From: Eledone cirrhosa
Taxonomy: Eukaryota
Direction of reading: 5' to 3'
Assembly: GCA_964016885.1 (NCBI GenBank)
Contig: OZ024743.1
Coordinates: forward strand, 34,472,001-34,536,000
DNA length: 64,000 nt
This document shows positions 1 to 11,431 of the stretch, in pieces. Position numbers and translations under genes: made by a program. The notes beneath the pieces are model-generated. The model made no database searches. It had not been told where the DNA came from and saw only the letters and a program-made list of their open reading frames with translations. Within the stretch, counting starts at the first letter, position 1, and each line of letters begins with the position of its first letter.

Positions 1-93
<93 letters not shown>

Positions 94-778
94 TATCGGC
101 TAACCACTAATCAGTAACAACACCACACTCAATCACTAGCACTAAACATATATACCGACCAAAGAAAGATTTTGACATTGTTTGAAGGAGTGTCATCACC
201 GAAACTTCTAAGGTACTGCCACCATTTTCTTTGGTAAACACATCTTTTACTCTGCTCAGATGTATTAAGCGCTAATCCAGTAAATATATGACTGTTCTGT
301 GTAAGCGTGTATATAAACACTCCCATCAAAATCTGCAATATTATCTGTGACACACACGGCTCTCTACCTCGTCTTTTGTTGAGTTGATCGCTATTTTTAG
401 CACCACCATTCTCCTCTCATTTCAGGTAACTCTATTATAGCGTTTTTTGATCTCAGCGTTTTTTATACGGTATCACTAGATGTGGTTATTGTCTCCATAT
501 GTCTAACTGAGCATCTTCATCACACATTGTTCGACTTAATTGTCATACATTTAACTATAAATGTATTTTAACTTCGTCATATAATTTCACGTAAATTTTG
601 TTTTGGTTTCATCTTGTACAATATTCTAGTACAGTGTTTGTCTGTCTGGTTGGACACTGTGACACTGAATAAACCAGCAGTACTGTCGGTTGGATTCGTG
701 ACTGTGTACGTCCAATATGATGGCCGATAACGGTGGAGCTTTTGTACATGTTGCCAATTGTTATGTATATATATATAT

Positions 779-871
779 AATTGTTTTTACTTTTGGCACA
801 AGGCCAGCAATAACCCAGTACATTACTGGTACTTTATTTTATCGACCCCGTAAGGATGAAAGGCAAAGCTA
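779..871 (-). mobile_element. 3' part of tRNA-derived Nin-domain-like SINE
   Basis: Matches the family sequence ggcacaaggccagcaat...tactggtactttattttatcgaccccgtaaggatgaaaggc seen about 20 times in the window. Confidence 0.75.
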
Positions 872-928
872 ATATAATCAAGATGATATAGAACAAAAAA
901 GGAGAGGCACAAAACAACAGCAAAAGTA

Positions 929-974
929 GTCACTGATGAGGTCACAGAATGTGTGACAAAAGAGCTTTGACACT
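929..974 (+). ncRNA. Degenerate minimal hammerhead ribozyme
   Basis: gtca-CTGATGA-g-gtcaca(gaatg)tgtgac-AAAA-gagc-TT-tgac: helices I and II pair, but G12 of GAAA is missing. Confidence 0.5.
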
Positions 975-1184
975 CGGGAACTAAACAACCATCCGGTTAT
1001 TAAACTAACTGACTGAAAGTCAGTTAGGGGTGTGTGTTTTCATTAGCAGCATGAGCCTCCCAAAGTATAACAATATCTGTTTCAAACAAATACAAAAACG
1101 TATATATATATATTACCCACTCTACTACCCCAAGTATCGAGTACTCTGGTGGGTTATGGTCCACCTGGTATCTTACCACACTCT

Positions 1185-1262
<78 letters not shown>

Positions 1263-1264
1263 AA

Positions 1265-1760
1265 ACTCCTCGGAGGGTTTCACCAGCGCTGCTTGCGTGA
1301 CATTCTTGGGATTCACTAGAATACACACACACCAAATACTGAAACATTACAAAATGCAAGTGCTTTCAGCATTGAAGCTCACAGTCACAAGCACCGACTC
1401 CGATGTATAGGCCAGGTTTTAGATCTGACAACAGCAGGATCCCAAAACATCCTTTATGGTGAGTTAATACCGGGTGCTAAACCACAAAACAAACCAAACC
1501 TGCCTTTCAAAGATTGTGTGAAAGATTGACTCATCTCGCTGGAAGGTGATGGCATTAGATAGAAACAAGTGGCTCACTGCTATTTAATGGTGTAAGACAT
1601 TTTCAAGTATCTGCTTCGGAATGGGCTGGCATTAAGAGTGCAGCTAAGGAAGGCCAGCTTGTGGAGCCCTCGGTACTTCAGTTGTATGCGATATATGTGG
1701 CCGAATATGCCTGTCAAAAGCTGGCTTTACAAGTCACCTACGTAAGCATGCAGATATATC
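1265..1760 (+). pseudogene. RTE-clade LINE 3' fragment
   Basis: Broken frames give FHQRCLRDILGI, RIPK/ILYGEL, FKDCVK, DRNKW and a terminal C2H2 finger CDICGRICLSKAGFTSHLRKH. Confidence 0.75.
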
Positions 1761-2066
1761 ACAGGTCGAATAGGACCAATTCCTTGCAGCCAATTTGATA
1801 TGTGGTACACGTGGCAGAGAATGTTCGAATATGTCAGGACATAGAGGGGATTTATGAATACATAAATCATGGTCCGGATAAACCGATTGAGAGATGGAGT
1901 GAGTTCCAATGCAACAAAATATGTAAGTCCCTAGCAGGCTTTAAAAGCCACCAATGGAGATACATTATTTGGCAGTGATGATGGCCTTACCTGTCTACCA
2001 AGTTGGTGGCCTTTATGTATATATAAACAATGTATGTGGAATATAAAATTATATAACTACACACAC

Positions 2067-2156
<90 letters not shown>

Positions 2157-2304
2157 TTATTTACGAATGGTCATGTTGCCAATATTGCCAATAGAAACAA
2201 TAGTGGCAACAAGACTATCCCCAAATATAACAATATTGGTTTCAACACACGATTTCACATTAAAAATCTTGCAGAATAAATACATAAAGTTATACACACA
2301 CACT

Positions 2305-3151
<847 letters not shown>

Positions 3152-3160
3152 TATATATAT

Positions 3161-3422
3161 ATAGTATTAGTTATTAGTTATACTATTTATGGTTATGTAA
3201 ATACAAAACCTTATGCAGTTATAAGTATTTTACACACACCCTAAATAGTGGTAGGCAGTAATGTATTACTTACTACCTTATTACCAGTAAGTTAAGTAGC
3301 TCAATGTAAAAACATCAGATGATTTACAGAGCAGTTATATGAAATATAAGAATCAAAGAACTATTCAAAACATTATTGTGCTTACAGCTGTTTCCTCCAA
3401 ACCGAGGTTTGGATTCTTCGGA
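3161..3422 (-). repeat. 3' pseudo-LTR copy of the PLE
   Basis: Nearly identical to 7373-7623 apart from two small duplications. Confidence 0.9.
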
Positions 3423-3425
3423 GCA
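3379..3425 (-). ncRNA. Minimal type-I hammerhead ribozyme (variant core)
   Basis: Minus strand: tgct-CCGAAGA-a-tccaaac(ctcg)gtttgga-g-GAAA-cagctg-TA-agca. Confidence 0.75.
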
Positions 3426-4870
3426 ATTTATTAATGCATGGACAGTTATATGACCTCCTTTTCAGCCGAGAGACATACCGATACATATTCAAACATTGAT
3501 ACATATTCAAACATTGTGGGTCAACATTCATTACAGAATTTAGAGTGGCAGTACACACTTCGAGATTACATATATATTAAGAGGTACAATCAAAAATCAA
3601 AATACAGGTTAAAATACAACATGAAGATAAGCGGTTATATAGTGCAAATGTTATATGTGTGGCACGCATGTGCGTCTTGTTTATATAGTGTGGCAGAGAG
3701 ATATGTGTGGTAGAGGCACTTAGGTAGGTAAACAAGAGTGTTAGGTTGGTAGATCTGGTGGCAAATTCTTTATATGATTGATATAGTCTGTGTGTGGAGA
3801 CATATTATAAGCATTAAAAATAGTGCAAGCATTAAAAGTGTTAAAAGTATTGGAGATGCACAGCGCAGGGAAGTCAAGTATTTCATGTACTTCGGCATTT
3901 TCATGGTCAGGGGAGTGTATTTATCGATTATATGCCCTTCACATAATCCACGACAATTCAGTTAGAGATCGTAGTCTGGTGTTCTTTAGTTCAATACAGG
4001 AGGCTGTTACGTTTCGAGAAACGCCATTGAATACCGCCCGGAAGTGTGTGTGTGGCTAAGGGGAGTTAATGCATGCGGGGAGGTAACTCTGGGGTATCTA
4101 TACCTAGCTATTAAAATGTGTCCCAATATAGACCTTAATTTCTATGGTGATGCGCATCCTCCAAGAGAAATTTTTAAAGCATAAAGTGTATTAACTATAG
4201 AGTAGTTTAATTAAGTTATGCTGAAGGTGATCATCTTATTATTATGGTGGATTAACCCATCGACAGGTGCCACAAATGGAAATTATAGATGATGAGCGAG
4301 GATTCCAAATAATGATCTCTGTGGTCGTAGTCTACTCATAGGACCAGGCGCGGTGATTGCAGGATTGCTTCAGGACCCAATGATCTCTGGTAAGATCTGG
4401 GTCATCGCTTGCTACATTGGATGTCGAGAGATAATCATCCCCAGGCCGGCCAGAGGTCAATCCGCAGTCCTCGCGACCCCTCTTTGACCGTCAGATCATC
4501 CATATATGTACAACCCGCACGGCTGTTGCAATGCATTCACTCACTGCGCTCAGCAGCCTGGTTCTACTGGTCAGCAGCGTTACTAGATTAAAACAGTTTT
4601 CATTTGTCTAAGGAAGGTGTTTCCTCTGCACAACACTATCCAACCGATCAATTCATGCTCAAATTACCCTTAGAGCGGTGTAGTGCCGTTCAAGTGGGTG
4701 GATGTTGTCACACCTGACGTAGAGGTATAAATGGGTATTCTCCCTGCGAAGGGTTCCGGAGGGATGTCGTTGTTTGTGTTATAATAGATCAGTTAGTGTT
4801 GGGTATGTAGTATAAGGTGTGTCTCTGGTGTTTGATGCTAGATGTGGTGTTAGGTTCCAGTCCGACATTG

Positions 4871-7330
4871 CTATATATTGGGCTTAAAGTTTTGGAAGGA
4901 ATGTCTGAAGCGGTGCTGGCAAGTTGCAAACACCTCAGATTTTTTGTTAAGTAGGTTACGGTTGGAGAAGATAATATTGTGTGTCTCTAGTATACAAAGG
5001 TTACAAAATTTATTAGGTGGTTTGTACGAGGTCGCGCTGCCTATCACTTCCCATTTGAGTGTGTATGGTTTATTTTTATATTTTAGATAGTGTATGTAGC
5101 TAGAAAGTGAGGTGGAGTTTGCTAGGCTGTGCTTTTTGAACGAGTGGATGTACGAATTATATCTGATTTTGAAGCAGTTAGAAGTGGATCCTACATAGGT
5201 TTCTGAAGAGTTGCTAGTTGTGACGGTGCATGAGTATATGATATCCTTGGTTAGGCATTTTTTATCTAAAGGGCAGGTTCTATTAGCTCTACAGTTACAA
5301 TTATCCTGTGCGTTAGTCCGCTGGTTATAATGCAGTGCGGAGGTCTGTGTGGTAGCTATAGGATTTTGGGTGTTCGGGTTGTCAACCCTGGTGTTATTAC
5401 TTATACTAGTGTTATTTCTATTGTTACTGCCGTTGCTATGGTTGCTTGCTACAGTGGTATTTAGAGGGTTTGCATCCCGTTGTGATTTTGTTTGTTGGAA
5501 GTAAGAACTAATTTTACTATTATTGCTGCTAGCTATGTGGTATGCTAAGTTAGGCGTCGTAGAGTATGAGATTTTAATGGTGTTTTTGTTTAAGAGGTTG
5601 TGGTACTTGTGTCCTAGAGGGAAGTTTTTATCTAGTAGTGAGAAGAAAGCCCTAGGTATGTTGGTGGAGACATTTAGGTTGAAAGGAGGGTTGAAAAATG
5701 TATTATTTCTTCTTCTATTTTTGCTTTTAGTGTTTGGTGTGTTGCTTCCTCCTAAGGCCCCACAGTAGTTTCTATGGTAATGGTTACTTCCGGTGGCACC
5801 CTCCGCTTTGGTGCGCTTGTGGTTGCTATTCCTATTATTATGTTTCCTCATGGACATGTTGTGCGAGATGATGTTGTAGTTATGTGTTTTCTTAGGTAGG
5901 AACTCAATTTCTATATTATGGCCGGAGCTAGCTAATGCTTGATTGTAATATTGTGAGTTTTTGCTAAATATGTTTGCGTCATAGGACAGTCTAGAGATTC
6001 TATTGGACACCCCCTTAGAGATAGAGTTTAATATTGATCTAGGGTGATTAGACTTGGTATCTACGTAAATAAGTTTCTCGTTAGGCTTATGGAAAGGTGT
6101 ATATATTTTTGAGTCTAGGTATAGTGTGGCGTCTAGGAAGTTAACATTTTTAGTGTTTTTGTCCATGGTGATACTAAGGTTAAAGTTTTTGAATGTCTTA
6201 TGCAATTGCTTTCTAGTTCTTTCTATATTAAATTTTTTATATTCTATAAGTAGAAGTGCATCATCGCGGTACAAACCACCGTTGAGGTAAGGGAGGTCCT
6301 TATGGATTTCATTGAGGAGGTATAGGCCGACCAAATCAGTGACCTGCGCCAAGTCACTAGATCCCATGGTTATGTCGAAGTTGTTGTGCGTATCCTTGCG
6401 TGTCCATAGTTGGTCCTCGAAGGTGATTATGGTTTTACGGGCCGCAAGGATGACATCAACCTGGGCTCTAGTCAGGTCGCTATTGCTCATGGCCATGATA
6501 AGTGCCTTATTTAATAGGATAGGGGAAATAGAGGTGTAGTATGAATTGATATCAAATTGAATAAATTTTTTGTTCTTATTATTCTTGATATCCTTGAACC
6601 ATTCAATCACTTCACCCGTATTTCCCCATTGTTTAAGGTGTATCTTGTGTTTAATTTGTGGGATGATTTTATCCAAAATCTTCTTGCTGATAATACCAAT
6701 GTCGGACTTGGAAGGGCAGATAAGTCTTATCGTGGCGTTGCTGATGAAGTTCTCCTTATGGTCCTTCAGAGAGAATCTAGGGGGGTTCGGAGTGAAAGGT
6801 TGCGTATGCCTCTGCAGTCCTAGTTTAGACACTATATTATAACCCTCTACATTAATATCTTCTAAGTTTTTCAAGGTGTTTTTTTTGTAGCTTTTATGTA
6901 GTTCATTATGTATAAACTTTCTATAAGTATTATAATCTAGGCTGTATATGTTATTAGTTTTATCTGCGTGTACAATAATTTTATTACTAGTTTTGAATCC
7001 ATTAATAGAAGTGTTAAGTTTGTTTAAGAAGGTGTTGCTTCTAATATGGTGCTTATTGTATTTAATGTTCTTAACTAGTTTAACTAGGTCATTTTCAAAG
7101 GAGTTAAGTAGAGTGTTATGAGAGGGGCTTTTAAAGGTTTTAAAGCCGAAGGAGTCAAAATTGTTAGTATTATTCAAGTTGCTAGATCTGTTTCTATCAT
7201 AATGGAATGTCCTCCATCTCACTCTATTGATAAATGAATTTACACTGTTGATCAGCAATTTCTCATATGTATTCCTGGATGGTATTGGTATGTTCTTGGT
7301 TGACATGGGGAGTTGGTCTTTGATTAGCAT
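4871..7330 (-). CDS. PLE polyprotein: reverse transcriptase + C-terminal GIY-YIG endonuclease, 819 aa
   Basis: KNIP/RVRW/ADKT N-terminal motifs; FDINSYY; MGSSDLAQVTDLVGLYLL; GLYRDD; FLD; CNC-x5-C-x5-C linker; IIY...YVG; CNLC...CQH. Confidence 0.93.
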   Translation of the reverse strand: MLIKDQLPMSTKNIPIPSRNTYEKLLINSVNSFINRVRWRTFHYDRNRSSNLNNTNNFDSFGFKTFKSPSHNTLLNSFENDLVKLVKNIKYNKHHIRSNTFLNKLNTSINGFKTSNKIIVHADKTNNIYSLDYNTYRKFIHNELHKSYKKNTLKNLEDINVEGYNIVSKLGLQRHTQPFTPNPPRFSLKDHKENFISNATIRLICPSKSDIGIISKKILDKIIPQIKHKIHLKQWGNTGEVIEWFKDIKNNKNKKFIQFDINSYYTSISPILLNKALIMAMSNSDLTRAQVDVILAARKTIITFEDQLWTRKDTHNNFDITMGSSDLAQVTDLVGLYLLNEIHKDLPYLNGGLYRDDALLLIEYKKFNIERTRKQLHKTFKNFNLSITMDKNTKNVNFLDATLYLDSKIYTPFHKPNEKLIYVDTKSNHPRSILNSISKGVSNRISRLSYDANIFSKNSQYYNQALASSGHNIEIEFLPKKTHNYNIISHNMSMRKHNNRNSNHKRTKAEGATGSNHYHRNYCGALGGSNTPNTKSKNRRRNNTFFNPPFNLNVSTNIPRAFFSLLDKNFPLGHKYHNLLNKNTIKISYSTTPNLAYHIASSNNSKISSYFQQTKSQRDANPLNTTVASNHSNGSNNRNNTSISNNTRVDNPNTQNPIATTQTSALHYNQRTNAQDNCNCRANRTCPLDKKCLTKDIIYSCTVTTSNSSETYVGSTSNCFKIRYNSYIHSFKKHSLANSTSLSSYIHYLKYKNKPYTLKWEVIGSATSYKPPNKFCNLCILETHNIIFSNRNLLNKKSEVFATCQHRFRHSFQNFKPNI

Positions 7331-7372
7331 ATTGGCAATATTATATGTCAGCTCAACGATATGGAGCAGTTA

Positions 7373-7623
7373 ATAGTATTAGTTATACTATTTATGGTTA
7401 TGTAAATACAAAACCTTATGCAGTTATAAGTATTTTACACACACCCTAAATAGTGGTAGGCAGTAATGTATTACTACCTTATTACCAGTAAGTTAAGTAG
7501 CTCAATGTAAAAACATCAGATGATTTACAGAGCAGTTATATGAAATATAAGAATCAAAGAACTATTCAAAACATTATTGTGCTTACAGCTGTTTCCTCCA
7601 AACCGAGGTTTGGATTCTTCGGA
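7373..7623 (-). repeat. 5' truncated pseudo-LTR copy with hammerhead lacking most of the helix I 5' arm (7580-7623)
   Basis: Identity to 3161-3422 ends at ...ttcgga, directly followed by (TA)n. Confidence 0.88.
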
Positions 7624-7703
7624 ATATATATAATTCGATAAATAATATAAATCTATTCCAGAACTGACAGTCTCTGATACAATTAGTAAGCTTTTCCGCC
7701 ATC

Positions 7704-7755
<52 letters not shown>

Positions 7756-7814
7756 CAAGGCTCTGATACCATCAACACTATAAACACAGGGCTGGCATAT
7801 CTAAGAACTGACTA

Positions 7815-7870
7815 ACTGCCTGATGAGCTCATAGCCATTCATTGGCTATCATCGAAATATATATAGCAGT
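7815..7870 (+). ncRNA. Minimal type-I hammerhead ribozyme, canonical core
   Basis: actgc-CTGATGA-g..atagcca(ttcat)tggctat..c-GAAA-tatata-TA-gcagt; 5-bp helix I. Confidence 0.8.
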
Positions 7871-7984
7871 AAATAAAGGATTATGAGTTCATGCAATTGA
7901 CTTATGTTTCGTCACTATATATGTATATGTATATATATATATAATTATCAATGTTTATATATATATGTGATTATCGATGTGATT

Positions 7985-8039
<55 letters not shown>

Positions 8040-8041
<2 letters not shown>

Positions 8042-8311
8042 CAGAAGGGATATTCAATTTATTGGTAATTCAACAAATATAAATGTTTATAACTGATTCA
8101 GAGCACTCGACAGATTTCTGGAGTAAATATTCAATGATATTAAATCCAAGGAATGTTTCAACTGATAAGGTATGTTTCCTTGGCTATGTCAAAATTTATA
8201 AAACACACTTTGTATTTTATCTGATGAAAGCGTACCAAAGTTTTTGGTACCCTTGAAATATATATAATAGAATAAATATGGTTTTATAAATATAGTTTCC
8301 ATTTATTTAAT

Positions 8312-8318
<7 letters not shown>
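8040..8318 (+). mobile_element. Short hammerhead-bearing non-autonomous element (family A) within (TA)n
   Basis: Homologous to 56196-56440 and 56778-57083. Confidence 0.7.
8213..8274 (+). ncRNA. Minimal type-I hammerhead ribozyme, canonical core
   Basis: tattttat-CTGATGA-aag-c-gtaccaa(agttt)ttggtac-c-ctt-GAAA-tatata-TA-atagaata. Confidence 0.82.
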
Positions 8319-8355
<37 letters not shown>

Positions 8356-8704
8356 GTATGTATGTACACATATGTGTGTGCGTGTATGTTTGTCTGTAGT
8401 GTATGCGTTACTATGTACATATATAAGTATGTATGTATGTTGTGTGCTTGTGTGTGCGTGTTAGTGCGTATTGTGTTAGCTATGTGTATTTCCTGAGACT
8501 ATGTAGTGGGTTATTTACAGAGTTTCAGTTATATCTTCTAATATATAACAGCAGGAATTACCCCACATAAAAGTTTCTTTGATCCTCTCATATCATCCAC
8601 TTCACTATTGAACTGTACCAATTCTCTGCTGTCCACTTCCTTTCTTCACCAACTCCTCTCTCTTAACAAAAGGCAAATTCAAAGACGGATTTCAATAGAA
8701 AAAT

Positions 8705-8736
<32 letters not shown>

Positions 8737-8787
8737 TTGCTGCTGCTGCTGTTGCTACTGCTGCTGCTGCTACTACTACCACTAATA

Positions 8788-9362
8788 ATTGTTTCTACTT
8801 TTGGCACAAGGCCAGCAATTACCCAGTACATTACTGGTACTTTATTTTATCGACCCCGTAAGGATGAAAGGCAAAGCTAACCTCGGCGGGATGTGAACTC
8901 AGAACGTAAAGGTCCGTCACTCTATGCCGCAAAGCATGGCGTCCGACCCTCTACCGATACTGCCAATCCACCACCCTCACTACCACTAATAATAATTGTT
9001 TCTACTTTTGGCACAAGGCCACCAATTAACCAGTGTATTACTGGTACTTTATTTTATCGACCCCGTAAGGATGAAAAGCAAAATCAACCTCGGTGGGATT
9101 TGAACTCAGATCGTAAAGGGACGTAACTATGCTAAAAAGCATAATAATAATGATTTCTAACATAAGCACAAAGCCAGTAATTTGGGGGAGGGGAAAGTCG
9201 ATTAAATCGTCTCCAGTGCATTACTAGTACTTTATTCTATCGACCCCGTAAGGATGAAAGGCAAAGATAACCTCGGTGGGATTTGAACTCAGAACGTAAA
9301 GTGCCGTGACTCTATCCCGCAAAGCCTGTTGTCCAGCGCTCTACCGATACTGCCAATCCGCT
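8788..9362 (-). mobile_element. Cluster of three tRNA-derived SINE copies
   Basis: Three family matches; minus strand shows A box tggcagtatcgg and B box gagttcaaatcc. Confidence 0.8.
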
Positions 9363-9399
9363 AATAATAATAATAATATGAATATGAATATGAATGTCA

Positions 9400-9940
9400 A
9401 TACCAATTTTCTTTATTGGACACTCCTTTCTGAACTCTTCAGCTTACAGGTACGTGCTCAGGGTAGGCCCATTGACTCGAACCTTCCTCACCACATTCAC
9501 CCAACTTTTAGCAAATGTACTGGGGGCAGGATTTCCTTCTCGTCTCTCACATTCCTTTGTAAATAGAGCCTGAAAAGGTTGATGAGGGCTTGACCTAAGA
9601 GGAAAAAATGTCTACCTTCAATCCTTTCAGTCGCATCAACCGCCTAGCCTCTTTTGCCACAGCCACCAGACAGAGGAAACTACCTGCCCTTACCGCCCAA
9701 ACGAAGATGGTGTCCATCTCGGACAGCTCCATCTGACACTTCGTGTCTGTAGAATTTGTATCGAACTGGCAGCCCCCCTCTTCCCTGTAGCACAAGCAGG
9801 CCAGGGATTTCTGGAAATTATCTATAGGCCCTGAACCGAAAGTCATTCGGAACAGACTGGCTAGTTCGTTCTCGTCGACGACTAGAATCTGCCTGAGAAC
9901 GTCGTCGCACTTGCTCGCATCACAAATGGCCACTACACCT
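9400..9940 (-). pseudogene. L1/Tx1 LINE 3' fragment
   Basis: SKCDDVLRQILVVDENELASLFRMTFGSGPIDNFQKSLACLCYR aligns with the 48786-49574 ORF; ends with aataaa. Confidence 0.85.
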
Positions 9941-10127
9941 GTTCACCGTTTAGGAATATCTGCAAGCACCGTAGCCACAATGCATATTTTCGAATCATCA
10001 GCTACGGCTTGCCCACCCCTCCAAGCACTGTTTTCGACATCCTCGTTATTGCAACAGTTCGTGCTACCGGTAGTTCTCTTAGGACAGCCGCCTCCGAAAC
10101 CTTCTGCTATTGTTTATTCTGCTACTG

Positions 10128-10142
10128 TCTCTCTCTCTCTCT

Positions 10143-10236
<94 letters not shown>

Positions 10237-10247
10237 GACACTCTCTT

Positions 10248-10329
<82 letters not shown>

Positions 10330-10400
10330 TCTCTCTCTCTCACACACACACTCTCTCTCTCTCTCTCACACACACACTCTCTCTCTCTCTCTCTCTCTTT

Positions 10401-10452
<52 letters not shown>

Positions 10453-10458
10453 CTCTCT
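10128..10458. repeat. Compound (CT)n/(CA)n microsatellite
   Basis: Directly visible. Confidence 0.95.
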
Positions 10459-11077
10459 TCATTTCCAACTCCTCAAGGCAGAAATTTCTTAAGTGTTTAT
10501 GCAACTAGAAAACTACAATAAAATATCCACTGTATGACTAGAAAAATGTAATAAAGAACAATGAAAATCTAATACAAATAGCTACAAAACGCGAACAAAA
10601 CAAAAACAGTTTTTGTATTGAAGGAAGCCAACAAATAGACAACAGTGTCTGAAGTGATGGACACTGGTGAGGAGGAAAGAAAAACAACATAGATTGTGAT
10701 AAAACAAACAAAAAAATAAGCCAAAATAAATGTGCTACAGAATGCGATGTAAAAACGACGGTAAGAAATATCCCTGCGTAGACAATACCTGAAATATATT
10801 GAACAAAGTGGAAATAGACAAAGATAATTCGCAGCATTCGCTGGAAAACACATGACACGAATCTGATGGACAGGATTAAATCCTGTCTATCAGATTTTGA
10901 CACCAGCATATATTCAAGTAGAATACATGAAGTAAATGTAGAATATATGTTAGTACTACTGGGCGGGAGACCTTTGATATCCTGGTTTTTAGCTTCTGTC
11001 ACTGAGGACATGATGATTGTTTTCGGATATCCTCGAAGATGTAACTGGTGATGTACTGGACTCTGGGGTTTCTTCCA

Positions 11078-11270
11078 GGGCGGTGGGTTACCCGTATAGG
11101 TAGAGGGTCGGACGCCATGCTTTGCAGCATAGAGTTACCCCCATTTATGGTCTGAGTTCAAATCCCGCCGAGGTTCATTTTGCCTTTCATCCTTACGGGG
11201 TCGATAAAATAAAGTACCAGTAATATACTGAGATAATTGCTGGCCTTGTGCCAAAAATAGGAACAATTAT
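11078..11270 (+). mobile_element. tRNA-derived SINE
   Basis: B box gagttcaaatcc; core gcctttcatccttacggggtcgataaaataaagtaccag. Confidence 0.8.
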
Positions 11271-11371
11271 TTCTTCATGTGTTTTGACAGAATATCTTCC
11301 TGTGGCTCGTACATCTACATGTGTTGCAAGTGGGTCCTATTATCTACACCAGAGATTCTCAACGTGGGCGC

Positions 11372-11431
<60 letters not shown>

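Larger units (their letters stand above)
3161..7623 (-). mobile_element. Penelope-like retroelement (probably Naiad clade), partial-tandem structure
   Basis: One ORF between ~250-bp direct repeats (3161-3422, 7373-7623) that carry a hammerhead motif; (TA)n at both junctions. Confidence 0.9.

Noticed and set aside
176-213. Hammerhead-like TTGAAGG-agtgtcatcacc-GAAA-cttc-TA
   Set aside because: Core and helix I are too degraded to call
4444-4495. HDV-like ribozyme (ggccggc...tcctcgc)
   Set aside because: P3 cannot form (cag versus gac), and it is antisense to the element
4871-7330. Selenoprotein Naiad
   Set aside because: No in-frame UGA within the ORF or just upstream; it ends in TAG
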